A stretch of 64,000 bases of DNA from positions 129,811 through 193,810 of the forward strand of contig JAGVPG010000021.1 of the NCBI GenBank assembly GCA_020052375.1, written 5' to 3'. This document shows positions 53,636 to 63,879 of this stretch, piece by piece. The translations under genes and the position numbers were made by a program. The stretch's first letter is position 1. Each line of letters begins with the position of its first letter. The notes under the pieces were generated by a model. It was not told the origin of the DNA, made no database searches, and worked only from the letters and a program-made list of their open reading frames with translations. Source of the DNA: Actinomycetota bacterium. Its GTDB lineage: Bacteria; Actinomycetota; JAHEXW01; JAGVPG01.

Positions 53636-55306
53636 CTACGCGACCACCCTAGCCAGTTCTTCAATCGAAGTCAATCCGGCTAAGGCTTTTTCGAATCCGT
53701 CTATCCTTAATGACTTCATACCCTCAGCAACCGCTTTTCTGGCGATTGCTTCCGAGGAAGATTTCTCGATCGTGAGGTTCTCTATATCCGGAGACACCAT
53801 CATCACTTCATGGATGCCCATTCTTCCTTTATATCCCGTATTGTTGCACTTCGGGCAGCCTTTCGGCTTGTACAGCGTATATGTCTTACCCTTTTCGGCC
53901 TCAAAATCCAGTTTTAGTATTTCTTCTCCTTTGATCTCATACGCCTCCTTACAGTGCTTGCATAATCGCCGCCCCAATCTCTGGGCAAGCACGCAGTCCA
54001 CTGCCGATGCTATCAGAAACGGCTCAACGCCCATCTCTGTAAGACGTGTCAATGCAGAGGGGGCGTCGTTCGTATGCAGTGTAGACAAGACAAGGTGCCC
54101 CGTGAGAGCGCTTTCGATGGCGATCATTGCGGTCTCACGGTCTCGGATCTCTCCGACCAGCAAACAGTCAGGGTCCCCTCTAAGTATCGACCTCAACCCT
54201 GCCGCGAATGTCAATCCGGCTTTTACATTCACTTGCATCTGATTGATACCCGCCAACCGGTACTCGACAGGGTCTTCCATAGTCGTTATGTTGCGCTCCG
54301 GAACATTCAGCACATTCAAGGTCGCGTACAGAGTCGTAGATTTCCCGCTTCCGGTCGGCCCGGTCACCAGGATCGTCCCATACGGTTTGGAGAACGATGT
54401 CCTGTATCTATCAAGAGCTTCCGGGAAGAACCCTAGGTCTTCCAGCTTAAGCAGGATGCTTTCTTTCTCAAGGATCCGAAGGACCACCTGTTCACCATAT
54501 ACCGTCGGCAAAGTGGCCACCCGGAAATCGACCGCTCTGTCCCCCACCACCAGACCGATCCTCCCGTCTTGCGGTATCCTTCTCTCGGCTATATTCATAT
54601 CGCTCATGATCTTAAGCCTCGACAATAGACCCGGTTGTATCCTTTTCGGTGAACGCATCACTTCGTGCAAGACTCCGTCTATACGATAGCGGATCCTTAC
54701 GTCTTTCTCTTGAGGTTCTATATGTATATCAGACGCGCCGTCTTCACACGCCTGGTTTATTACAAGATTGACCAGCTTTACGATAGGCGCTTCCTCGGCC
54801 ATCTCTGCCGCAGCGTCCGCATCGTGGAGTTCTCCTCCCTCTATCTCTCCTATAGCTTCTTCCATGACCTCTTCGGTCTGGGCATAGTTATCGATGGAGC
54901 TGCTTATGTCTTCCGTCGTGCTGACAACCGGCTTTATCTCAAAACCCGTCATGATCCGGAGGTCGTCGAATACAAATACGTTCGTCGGATCCGCCGTCGA
55001 CACCACCAGCTTTCCATCCTCAAAGCCCACCGGCAGCACCATGTTCTTTTTCGCTACGTTCTGCGGCACCATCGCCACGGCAGATAGATCGATCTTATAT
55101 TCCGAGAGTTCCACAAAATCCAGTCCGAGCTGCTCCGCCAGTATCTTCAGAAGATCTTGCTCCGCAACGAACTTGCTTTTGATCAGCAACTCGCCTAACG
55201 GCTCGCCGCTGACTTTCTGTTTTCTCAAAGCGTCTTCCAGGTGTTCCGGAGTGATCAGACCCCTCTCAATAAGAAGATCGCCCAGTTGCTTTCTTCCTTC
55301 ACGCAT
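53636..55306 (-). CDS. type IV pilus assembly ATPase PilB/GspE, paralog B
   Basis: 556 aa. Same architecture (GPTGSGKSTT, CKHCK...CPKCNNTGYKGRMG); colinear with paralog A. Confidence 0.88.
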   Translation of the reverse strand: MREGRKQLGDLLIERGLITPEHLEDALRKQKVSGEPLGELLIKSKFVAEQDLLKILAEQLGLDFVELSEYKIDLSAVAMVPQNVAKKNMVLPVGFEDGKLVVSTADPTNVFVFDDLRIMTGFEIKPVVSTTEDISSSIDNYAQTEEVMEEAIGEIEGGELHDADAAAEMAEEAPIVKLVNLVINQACEDGASDIHIEPQEKDVRIRYRIDGVLHEVMRSPKRIQPGLLSRLKIMSDMNIAERRIPQDGRIGLVVGDRAVDFRVATLPTVYGEQVVLRILEKESILLKLEDLGFFPEALDRYRTSFSKPYGTILVTGPTGSGKSTTLYATLNVLNVPERNITTMEDPVEYRLAGINQMQVNVKAGLTFAAGLRSILRGDPDCLLVGEIRDRETAMIAIESALTGHLVLSTLHTNDAPSALTRLTEMGVEPFLIASAVDCVLAQRLGRRLCKHCKEAYEIKGEEILKLDFEAEKGKTYTLYKPKGCPKCNNTGYKGRMGIHEVMMVSPDIENLTIEKSSSEAIARKAVAEGMKSLRIDGFEKALAGLTSIEELARVVA

Positions 55307-56171
55307 GGCGTACCACCTCTATGCCGGCATCATCCATACCGACCGCTTTCATCATGACGCCGACGGGTGCCTCCATCCCCGTCCACATCTTGTAAGATAA
55401 AGCTCCCTGGTAGACGAGCATGCCCAGTCCGCCCATTACGCGGCAACCTCGTTGTCGGGCAGTGACGAGGAATTGACTGAGTGGAGGAACGGTAGTCAGA
55501 TCGTAAATGAACTGATCGGGACCAAGCCCGTCCACCAGGAAATCTAGACCTTCAAGGGTTTGTTTGCCGAGGGGTGTCGTGTTTATGACCATATCCGCCG
55601 CCCGTACCGTCTTGACGGCTTTTCTGTCCATTATCATGGCGTTTATCCTGTATCCTTTGTGATGTCTTGTTATTATATCCCGTAACGTCTCAGCTTTATC
55701 ATGAGTCCGGTTTATTACCGAGACCTCTTTGGCCTTCCCTTTTGCGATCTCAAACACTATGGCTCTTGCCGCGCCTCCGGCTCCTATCACCGCGATCTTC
55801 TTGCCGTCTATGCTTTCGCCGCGCGCCTCGATCGACATCATAAATCCTTCGCCGTCGGTGCTGTAACCGGCAAGACGCCCGCTTTCATTGACGACAGTAT
55901 TGACGGACATGATCGCCTCGGCTTCGCTCGAGACCGAATCCAGGTAACGGATTATCTCCTTTTTGAAAGGCATCGTCACGTTGAAACCCTTTAGGCCCAG
56001 CGTCTTAAGGACTTCGACCGTCACGTCGAGGTGTCCCGTCTCCGTCATAAAAGGGATATATACCCAGTCCAACTTGGCCGCTCTAAAAGCCGCGTTGTGC
56101 ATCGCCGGAGACAAAGACCGTTCTACGGGATTGCCTATTATGCCTGCAACATCGATACTGCTCTTGTTCAA
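55299..56171 (-). CDS. aroE: shikimate dehydrogenase
   Basis: GNPVERSLSPAMHN substrate-binding motif and a Rossmann GAGGAA. Confidence 0.88.
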   Translation of the reverse strand: MNKSSIDVAGIIGNPVERSLSPAMHNAAFRAAKLDWVYIPFMTETGHLDVTVEVLKTLGLKGFNVTMPFKKEIIRYLDSVSSEAEAIMSVNTVVNESGRLAGYSTDGEGFMMSIEARGESIDGKKIAVIGAGGAARAIVFEIAKGKAKEVSVINRTHDKAETLRDIITRHHKGYRINAMIMDRKAVKTVRAADMVINTTPLGKQTLEGLDFLVDGLGPDQFIYDLTTVPPLSQFLVTARQRGCRVMGGLGMLVYQGALSYKMWTGMEAPVGVMMKAVGMDDAGIEVVRHA

Positions 56172-56228
56172 TTACCGTTCCTCCACGATTATTATCGTCC
56201 AGTTTTAAGATAAGTTTGAGTATTATTT

Positions 56229-56717
56229 TTAAGGCTGTCTTTTAAGTACTAGACGCTCGATGATCCTTACTAGACGCGTGCCTGCGAATTCCCGCTTTCC
56301 GATAGGTTCGACCAGGATAGTCTTAACCCCGGCCCTCTTGGCACCCTGCACATCCATGAACAACTGATCACCTATCATGACGGTCTCCTGTGCTTTCTTA
56401 CCAAGTATATCGAGCCCGTTTATATACGCTTTTCTCATGGGTTTTCTTGCCGGGGCGACGACCGGTAAGGAAAGCTTTGCCGCCGTCCGCCTTGCCCTTG
56501 AACCTCCGGCGTTCGATAGAAGGCACATCTTGTATCCCATTTCTTTGGTCTTCGTCACCCAATCTAGAGTCCTTCTATCCGGTTCATCGGACCTCCATGG
56601 CACAAGCGTATTGTCGAGATCGATCAATATACCGGTAATGCCATCCATCTTAAGCTTTTCCAGATCTATGTCGAATACGGAATGATATCGCATGTCCGGC
56701 CTCAGATGATCCAACAT
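56229..56717 (-). CDS. HAD-IIIA phosphatase, YqeG family
   Basis: ILIDLDNTLVPW and GDQLFMDVQGA HAD motifs. Start set at MLDHLRP to remove the overlap with mltG. yqeG-aroE adjacency as in Bacillus. Confidence 0.7.
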   Translation of the reverse strand: MLDHLRPDMRYHSVFDIDLEKLKMDGITGILIDLDNTLVPWRSDEPDRRTLDWVTKTKEMGYKMCLLSNAGGSRARRTAAKLSLPVVAPARKPMRKAYINGLDILGKKAQETVMIGDQLFMDVQGAKRAGVKTILVEPIGKREFAGTRLVRIIERLVLKRQP

Positions 56718-56721
56718 GTTT

Positions 56722-57702
56722 CTACCTGCCATATTCTTTTTTGACTCGTTCGAATTCTTCTGATGTCTCTGTGAAAGTATGGCTACCGTCATCGCCGGTC
56801 AGAACGAAAAACAAATAATTCCCGGGTTTTGGCTGAAGCGCCGCTTTGATCGACGCGATTCCCGGACTCGCTATAGGACCGGGTGGCAGCCCCGTATGAA
56901 GGTAGGTATTGTATGGCGAGTCGACCTCGAGATCCGAGTATGTGAGTTCTTCCTTCCATTTCGGCAAGGCATATTGGACGGTCGAACACATCTGCAGAGC
57001 CATCTGCCGGTCCAGGCGGTTGTAGATGACCTGTGAGACAAGTTCCCTTTCCGATGACAAACGGACTTCCTTTTCGATTATCGAAGCTATCGTCATCGCA
57101 TCATGCAATCCAAGACCCCTGGACCTCACATAAGACATATCGAGACCGGAGGTCTCCTTCTGAAACTGCCATAGCATCATGCTGACAAGATCCTTGGCCT
57201 CGGTCTTATCCGTAATAGTATATGTCTTTGGAAAAAGGTATCCTTCCAGGCTTTCGTCAGGCAACTCTTTTAAAAAGGGGATATCGTATCCGCTTTTTTT
57301 AGCTGACGCCAAGAACTGCTCTTCCTTTATCGGTGATGCTTTAGCTACCGCCCTGGCTGTCTCCCTGACCGTCATACCCTCGGGTATCGTGATCTTGTAG
57401 TATTTTACATACGGTCCTTTAAGCAGTAACTCGAGCGCTTCCTCATTCGACATGCCGGTGCGCATGTGGTATTCGCCGCTTTGCAGCCTCTCGTCCGCAT
57501 GGCGTTCCTTGACGTACAACCTGAAAAGCAACGCGCTCTTTATGATAGCTCTACTACTTAGAGCCAAAGCAATATCGGCTGTCGTATCGCCGGGTCTTAT
57601 CGATACTTTGACGGGGATGCTCGGGGTGTTTACTGTGGAGTATATAAATACCGACGCGATAGCTGTGACCGCCACCGTCGCCACGACGACTATGCCTATC
57701 AA
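56722..57702 (-). CDS. mltG: endolytic murein transglycosylase MltG (YceG family)
   Basis: N-terminal TM and a YceG-like domain; 326 aa. Confidence 0.85.
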   Translation of the reverse strand: MIGIVVVATVAVTAIASVFIYSTVNTPSIPVKVSIRPGDTTADIALALSSRAIIKSALLFRLYVKERHADERLQSGEYHMRTGMSNEEALELLLKGPYVKYYKITIPEGMTVRETARAVAKASPIKEEQFLASAKKSGYDIPFLKELPDESLEGYLFPKTYTITDKTEAKDLVSMMLWQFQKETSGLDMSYVRSRGLGLHDAMTIASIIEKEVRLSSERELVSQVIYNRLDRQMALQMCSTVQYALPKWKEELTYSDLEVDSPYNTYLHTGLPPGPIASPGIASIKAALQPKPGNYLFFVLTGDDGSHTFTETSEEFERVKKEYGR

Positions 57703-57725
57703 TAGATAAAGAGCGATCGGCCTTT

Positions 57726-58145
57726 TTATTTACCTTTCACCTGCCTGTCAAGATATGACTGAAGTATAACGGCCGCCGCCACCTTGTCTTTTATATTCTT
57801 TCGCATCGAAGGTTTTATACCCGCAGCTATCAGCGATCTCTCCGCTTCAGCGGTACTCAATCGCTCGTCCCAGGTGGCTATCGAGACATCTAGGCGGTCT
57901 TTTACCTCTTCTATGAAAGTGGTCGTCTTCCTTGCTTGCGGTCCTTCGGATCCGTCCATCGCATATGGCATCCCGACCACGATCTCTTCGATATCGTATT
58001 CTTCGATCATGTCTCTTAGCGTTTTGACCGTCGAATCCAGACCCGATCTTTCTATCACCGCAAACGCGTGCGCCGTCTTTTTTAAAGGATCTGACATGGC
58101 AACGCCTATGCGCTTTTCACCCACATCCAGACCCATAGATCTCAT
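57726..58145 (-). CDS. ruvX: Holliday-junction resolvase-like RuvX/YqgF
   Basis: MGLDVGEKRIGVAMSD N-terminus; 139 aa. Confidence 0.88.
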   Translation of the reverse strand: MRSMGLDVGEKRIGVAMSDPLKKTAHAFAVIERSGLDSTVKTLRDMIEEYDIEEIVVGMPYAMDGSEGPQARKTTTFIEEVKDRLDVSIATWDERLSTAEAERSLIAAGIKPSMRKNIKDKVAAAVILQSYLDRQVKGK

Positions 58146-60784
58146 TTTAGGAGTTCACGTAGCTTTCTACCGGCCTGATCTATGGCTCTGTCAAGCCCGG
58201 CCGCATCTCTACCGCCTGCCTGTGCAAGATCGGGCTTACCTCCGCCTCCACCTTCTATCAGATGGCCTACTTCTTTGATTATCTTATCGGCGCTTACTTT
58301 TTCACCGGCCATATCTTTCGAGACGGCCACAAGAAGTGAAGCCCTTTCGCCTTTTGTTGAACCCAGGACCATGACTGAAGGCCTGGCTCTGTTCCTTATC
58401 TCGTCCGCGATGACCCGCAATTCGCTCATGTCTTTATCTTTGATCTTAGCGGTCACCACCTTGACTCCGTTTATCTCGTCCGAATCCGACAGCAGACTTG
58501 CTACTTCTATGGCGCTGAAACGAGCTTTCAGCGTCTCTATCTCCCGCGCCTGTCTCTTTACCGTCTCTTGCAAAGCCTTTATATGATCGAGAATGCCGGT
58601 ACCGGTCGCTTTCAGGCTCGCCTCCGCCGATTTGACCAGACCAGCTTGTTCCTTTGCTCGGCCGTATGCCTCCATCCCCGTGACGGCCTCTATTCTCCTT
58701 AGATTCGCCCCGACGGATGATTCGTTCGTGATCTTTAGCTGTCCTATGTCTCCTGTTCGAGATACGTGTGTTCCACCGCATAACTCCCTTGAGAAGTCGT
58801 TGATCTCAAGCACTCTCACATATTTACCGTATTTCTCACCGAAAAAGGCGATCGCGCCGCTCTCAGTCGCATACTTGAAGGTCGTTGTATACGATTTCAC
58901 CTGATGGTTCTCGAGTATCTGCCTGTTCACCATGGTCTCGATCTTCGTGATATCTTCCGGCTTCAAAACCTGGCCGTGAGTGAAGTCGAACCTTAAATGT
59001 ACTGCGTCTACCAGCGATCCTCCCTGTCTTACATGTTCGCCGAGTACTCTTCGCAAGGCCCAATGTAAAAGGTGCGTACCGGTGTGGTTTCTGCGGATAG
59101 CCGCTCTTCTTGCGGAGTCTATCGACGCAGAGGCCTTATCACCTTTTTTTATACCGCCTTCGTCGATCTTCCCTTTATGCACGATCAAGTCTGGTAATGG
59201 AGTTACGGTATCATATACTGTCACAGATGCACTTTTTGTCCTGACAACGCCGCGATCGCCTATCTGACCGCCCATCTCGGCATAGAACGGCGTTCTGTTC
59301 AGGATTATCTCGACCTCATCGCCGTTTTTCGCTTCTCCGACTATCCGCCCGTCCTTCAGGATCGCCGCGATATGTACTTCGGTCATTTCTTCCGAATAGC
59401 CGGTGAACTTGGTCTTTCCTATATTCTCAAGTATCTCTGCGTAAGTCTCGACATCCGCCTGCACGAAAACGCCCGCACTCATCTCCTGCGTCCGCCGTCT
59501 TTGCTCCTGCATGAGCTCATCAAACTTTTTTTCATGCACAGAAAGGCCGTTTTCCTCCGCGATCTCTTTTGTCAACTCAAACGGGAATCCCGATGTGTCA
59601 TATAGTTTGAAGACCAGAGCGGAATCTATCTCTTTCTTCCCATCTTTCTTCGATTTTTCTATATATGCGTCAAGAAGAGTCAGTCCTTGCTTCAATGTCT
59701 TGTCGAACCGTTTTTCTTCGTCCCCGATTATCTCCTTTATAAACAGGCGGTTCTTCTTAACATCCTCGTATACGCCGCCCATCTTATCGATCACCGCATC
59801 CACCAGTTCATGTAGGAACAAGCCTTTGCTTCCCAGCATCCGGCCATGTCTTATCGCCCGCCGCGTAAGCCTCCTCAGTACGTATCCCCGGCTCTCGTTC
59901 GACGGCAATATCCCGTCATTGGCCATGAAGGTTATCGCGCGCGCGTGGTCGGCCACTATCTTGATCGAGACGTCTTTTTTCTTATCCTTCCCGTATTCAG
60001 CGCCTGTTACATCCGTCACCGCGTCCACTATCGGCTTTAAGAGATCCGTGTCGAACGCCGTTTCAGCGCCCTGCAAGATAGCGCATACCCTCTCCAGCCC
60101 CATCCCTGTATCGATGTTCTTCTTGGGTAGCGGTTCGAGTTTGCCGTCTTTCTGCCTGTTATACTGCATGAAGACCAGATTCCAGACCTCCAGGAACCTA
60201 TCGCAATCACAACCCGGTTCACAATCCGGACCGCATTTCAGATGATCCCCCAGATCGTAGAGCATCTCGGAGCACGGACCGCACGGACCGACTTCTCCCA
60301 TGCTCCAGAAGTTCTCGCTCTCACCCAGGCGTATGATCCGGTCTTCCCGCACACCGACATCTTTGTTCCAGATGTCGTAAGCCTCATCGTCGTCCGTGAA
60401 CACGCTTATCCATATTCTATCTGTGTCCAGTCCGATCTCTTTTGTGATGAACTCCCAAGCCCAAGGTATCGCTTCTTTCTTGAAATAGTCACCTATCGAA
60501 AAATTTCCCAGCATCTCAAAAAATGAAAGGTGCCTGGCGGTATGCCCGATGTTCTCTATGTCGGTAGTCCTCAAACATCTCTGGACTGTAGTCAATCTTG
60601 AATACTCAGGCTTTAGTTCACCTTTAAAATACGGTACGAACTGGACCATGCCCGCGGTCGTCAATAATAGACTCGGATCATTGGGAATGAGTGACGATCC
60701 TCGAAGGATCTTGTGTGATTGTCGTTCGAAGAACTTAAGGTACCGTTCTCTGATCTCGTTGCTTTGCATCGTGTGTGCCATCAA
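58142..60784 (-). CDS. alaS: alanyl-tRNA synthetase
   Basis: 880 aa with class II catalytic core, editing domain HxxxH...CxxxH, and a C-terminal DHHA1. Confidence 0.95.
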   Translation of the reverse strand: MMAHTMQSNEIRERYLKFFERQSHKILRGSSLIPNDPSLLLTTAGMVQFVPYFKGELKPEYSRLTTVQRCLRTTDIENIGHTARHLSFFEMLGNFSIGDYFKKEAIPWAWEFITKEIGLDTDRIWISVFTDDDEAYDIWNKDVGVREDRIIRLGESENFWSMGEVGPCGPCSEMLYDLGDHLKCGPDCEPGCDCDRFLEVWNLVFMQYNRQKDGKLEPLPKKNIDTGMGLERVCAILQGAETAFDTDLLKPIVDAVTDVTGAEYGKDKKKDVSIKIVADHARAITFMANDGILPSNESRGYVLRRLTRRAIRHGRMLGSKGLFLHELVDAVIDKMGGVYEDVKKNRLFIKEIIGDEEKRFDKTLKQGLTLLDAYIEKSKKDGKKEIDSALVFKLYDTSGFPFELTKEIAEENGLSVHEKKFDELMQEQRRRTQEMSAGVFVQADVETYAEILENIGKTKFTGYSEEMTEVHIAAILKDGRIVGEAKNGDEVEIILNRTPFYAEMGGQIGDRGVVRTKSASVTVYDTVTPLPDLIVHKGKIDEGGIKKGDKASASIDSARRAAIRRNHTGTHLLHWALRRVLGEHVRQGGSLVDAVHLRFDFTHGQVLKPEDITKIETMVNRQILENHQVKSYTTTFKYATESGAIAFFGEKYGKYVRVLEINDFSRELCGGTHVSRTGDIGQLKITNESSVGANLRRIEAVTGMEAYGRAKEQAGLVKSAEASLKATGTGILDHIKALQETVKRQAREIETLKARFSAIEVASLLSDSDEINGVKVVTAKIKDKDMSELRVIADEIRNRARPSVMVLGSTKGERASLLVAVSKDMAGEKVSADKIIKEVGHLIEGGGGGKPDLAQAGGRDAAGLDRAIDQAGRKLRELLK

Positions 60785-61797
60785 CCCCCGTGGCCGGTGA
60801 CCAGTTTGTCTCTTTCTTCTTCGGACATCAGTATGAACGACCCTATCTCATGGATCACCGCGGCCGCTGGTACAGCCAGCAGTACCCCCCAGAATCCGAA
60901 AAGCGCTCCTCCTAGAAGCAACGCGACTATCACTATCAGAGGATGAACGCCTACTCTCTCCCGCATCATGATCGGCGTCAACACAAGACTGGCTATCTGC
61001 GTCAGCGCCATGAAATAGATGCCTATTCCAAGCGCGTACCATCCGGATTTCGTGATCCACGCGACGACCACAGCCGGTATCGTCCCGGCGATCGGTCCTA
61101 CATAAGGTATTATCTGTACGAATCCGGCAAAAAAGCCCAGCAGTACCGCGTACGGGATTCCTACGATCAAGAGTCCGATACTGCACAGTATAGCAACGAA
61201 TACGGCCATGGCCAGCATGATCGTTAAAACACCCTCGATCGCTGTGTTCAAGCGATATGCGAGATAAAGGGCATGCGGCCTGACTGCTTCCGGCACTATC
61301 CTCGCAATGCCTTTCGAAATATTAGCCCTATCTAAAAGAACGAAATACGCTATCAGCGGCGCCAGTATGAAATCGAGTATCAATGACAGGAAGCTGACGG
61401 TAAAACTTGGTATGCCCGAGAGAGCACTGACCGTCGATTCCTGTAGACTGACAAGCACTGACTGCATGATCTTCGTAGCTTGCGCGCCTAAACGAAAGGT
61501 CTTGTATTTTGCCTGGTAAGCATAGAACGCCTTTTCTACAGTCCTCGAATACGCGGGAAACGTCTTTATAAGGTCGTTGACTTCGGTAGTGACAATAGGT
61601 ATCAATACCAGCAGTATTATCAACACGATGGCTACGAAGAAAAGATATGTCAAGACCAGCGCCAGCGTGCGCGGCACTCCTTTTCTTTCAAGGAACGCGA
61701 GGATCGGTTTCAGCAGGAATACTATAGCTCCCGCGAAGAACAGGGGGCGAAGGATCATGCTGACCGCGTCTATCGCCTGTACGATCACATAAAGCAA
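60781..61797 (-). CDS. AI-2E family transporter (PerM/UPF0118)
   Basis: 338 aa polytopic membrane protein with AI-2E-like topology. Confidence 0.8.
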   Translation of the reverse strand: MLYVIVQAIDAVSMILRPLFFAGAIVFLLKPILAFLERKGVPRTLALVLTYLFFVAIVLIILLVLIPIVTTEVNDLIKTFPAYSRTVEKAFYAYQAKYKTFRLGAQATKIMQSVLVSLQESTVSALSGIPSFTVSFLSLILDFILAPLIAYFVLLDRANISKGIARIVPEAVRPHALYLAYRLNTAIEGVLTIMLAMAVFVAILCSIGLLIVGIPYAVLLGFFAGFVQIIPYVGPIAGTIPAVVVAWITKSGWYALGIGIYFMALTQIASLVLTPIMMRERVGVHPLIVIVALLLGGALFGFWGVLLAVPAAAVIHEIGSFILMSEEERDKLVTGHGG

Positions 61798-61903
61798 GAC
61801 GATAACGCCGATTATCGCCCAACATACGATCGCTACATCTTTATATCTATGGACAGTCTTATCCGTTAAGATCTTATGTTCTATGGGTGGCCTCTCGATC
61901 TTG

Positions 61904-62275
61904 TTATTGTCTTTTCTTAGGCCTGTTTCCTAAAAAAGTCCTGACCGCGCCCGACATCCCTGCCGAATAACTGGCGACTTTGATCAGGGGGTTCGATACT
62001 ACTTCATGGACGAGGTTCGCGATATTGTCTACCCTTTTAGTGACTTGCTGGACCGAAGCTGTAGTCTCGTTGACTTTTGCCAGCTCATCGTTGATCTCTT
62101 CGACAGTCGTCTGAAGCTTGTTCAAAGTCGGCATTACCTCGCGCTCTGTACTCGCTATAAAGTCATTCACCCTCTCTACCGTCTTTCTGAACTCAAGCAG
62201 TATGGGTATTATGAATATTACAAGTATTATGAACGCCAGCGCCGCCGCGACTCCAGCTATTGTCCCTATGGTCAT
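61904..62275 (-). CDS. DUF948 (YtxG-like) membrane-anchored coiled-coil protein
   Basis: N-terminal TM (IAGVAAALAFIILVIFIIPILL) followed by a coiled coil. Confidence 0.6.
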   Translation of the reverse strand: MTIGTIAGVAAALAFIILVIFIIPILLEFRKTVERVNDFIASTEREVMPTLNKLQTTVEEINDELAKVNETTASVQQVTKRVDNIANLVHEVVSNPLIKVASYSAGMSGAVRTFLGNRPKKRQ

Positions 62276-62312
62276 CAGATAAGCACCTCCAGCTTAGATT
62301 ATTCTATCATAA

Positions 62313-63605
62313 TCATCGTTTCTTAAGCCGTTTGCCTATATCCTTTTCCAACCCCTGATCGGACGGCTCGTAAAACCTCTTTCCTCGTATCTCCTCCGGC
62401 AGATATTCCTGCTCCACTACATGTCCCGGATAATCATGCGGGTATTTATAACCCTTGCCGTATCCATGCTCCATAAGACCCGGGTGCGCCGGATTCCTCA
62501 GATGCTTCGGCGGCAATCCCAACCTTCCCTCTTTGACCTCGGAGATCGCGCTGTCTATCGCCTTATAAGCCGAGTTGCTTTTGAGCGCGGTCGCCAGGTA
62601 TATTGCCGCCTGGGCAAGGTTTATCCGGGCTTCCGGCATCCCGACGAACTCGACGGCCTGAGCCGCGGCAGTCGCCACTATTAGGGCTTGCGGATCCGCG
62701 TTCCCTACATCTTCCGACGCGAAGATCACCATCCGGCGGGCGATGAACCTCGGGTCCTCGCCCGCATAGATCATCCTGGCCAGCCAGTATATCGCTGCTT
62801 GCGGATCCGAACCACGCATGCTCTTTATAAACGCCGAGATCGTATCGTAGTGGGCTTCGCCCGCCCGGTCGTACTGGATCGCCCTCTTTTGGACCGCATC
62901 CTGGGCCATCGCCAGATCTATGTGTTTCATCCCGTTCTTACCGTTCTTCGCATTCGACACAGCGACTTCAAGCGTGTTCAAGGCGGATCTCGCGTCTCCG
63001 CTTGATGCCCTGATGATATGCTCAAGAGCCTTCTGATCTATCTTCAATCTCTCAGTCCCCAGGCCGTGTTCTTTATCCTCGATCGCCCTTGTCATGATAT
63101 CCTTGATCTCATCTTCTGATAAAGGCGATAGCTGGAATACTCTTGACCTGGATATAAGAGCCGCGTTTACACTGAAGTACGGATTCTCGGTCGTCGTCCC
63201 TATAAGGATGACCGTCCCTTCCTCCACAGCCGGCAGCAATGTATCCTGTTGCGCCTTGTTGAAGCGATGCACCTCGTCCAGCAGCATTATCGTCCGTTGT
63301 TCCAGGCCCACTTTTCTCTCCCTGGCCTGGCCTATTATCTTCCTGACATCCGCGACTGTCGCCGTTACCGCGCTCACCTTGACAAAATTCGCTTTTGTCA
63401 TATTCGCGGTGATCGATGCGAGAGTCGTCTTGCCGGAACCGGGCGGACCCCAGAGGATCATCGACGTCAGCATATCGCCTTCGATAGCGCGTCTAAGGAT
63501 TGTGCCGGACCCTACGATCGTTTTTTGCCCTATGAATCCGTCCAGTGTGCGAGGACGCATCCGGAGGGCAAGAGGAATATCAGAACCCCCTGTAGATCGC
63601 ATCAT
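62313..63605 (-). CDS. rarA: replication-associated recombination protein A (AAA+ ATPase)
   Basis: Walker A MILWGPPGSGKTTLA, Walker B LLDEVHRFNK, and the MgsA C-terminal domain. Confidence 0.88.
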   Translation of the reverse strand: MMRSTGGSDIPLALRMRPRTLDGFIGQKTIVGSGTILRRAIEGDMLTSMILWGPPGSGKTTLASITANMTKANFVKVSAVTATVADVRKIIGQARERKVGLEQRTIMLLDEVHRFNKAQQDTLLPAVEEGTVILIGTTTENPYFSVNAALISRSRVFQLSPLSEDEIKDIMTRAIEDKEHGLGTERLKIDQKALEHIIRASSGDARSALNTLEVAVSNAKNGKNGMKHIDLAMAQDAVQKRAIQYDRAGEAHYDTISAFIKSMRGSDPQAAIYWLARMIYAGEDPRFIARRMVIFASEDVGNADPQALIVATAAAQAVEFVGMPEARINLAQAAIYLATALKSNSAYKAIDSAISEVKEGRLGLPPKHLRNPAHPGLMEHGYGKGYKYPHDYPGHVVEQEYLPEEIRGKRFYEPSDQGLEKDIGKRLKKR

Positions 63606-63879
63606 AGATACCTTGCTCTAGGCGGTCCTTGTCTATATAGCCCTGATAGCTCCGTATGATGGTCGATTTATTATTGAACACAAGTACTTGCGGCGTGTAA
63701 TAGATCGGCAGCTGTTCGGCCAGCGCTCCGTACGTCTGCGGCCTGTCCGCGTCAAGCAATATGAAAATGACCTGGTTCTTATATTTCTGTTGCAGTTCGT
63801 CCACACCGGCATTCATCACATCGGACAACGAATCGTTCTCACCGTAGAACTGAAGAAAAACAGGTTTCTTTTTCTTCAA
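63580..63879 (-). CDS. hypothetical thioredoxin-fold-like protein lacking a CXXC motif
   Basis: 99 aa with no Cys. The weak thioredoxin-like pattern rests only on secondary-structure-like spacing. Overlaps the rarA end by 26 nt. Confidence 0.3.
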   Translation of the reverse strand: MKKKKPVFLQFYGENDSLSDVMNAGVDELQQKYKNQVIFILLDADRPQTYGALAEQLPIYYTPQVLVFNNKSTIIRSYQGYIDKDRLEQGIYDAIYRGF

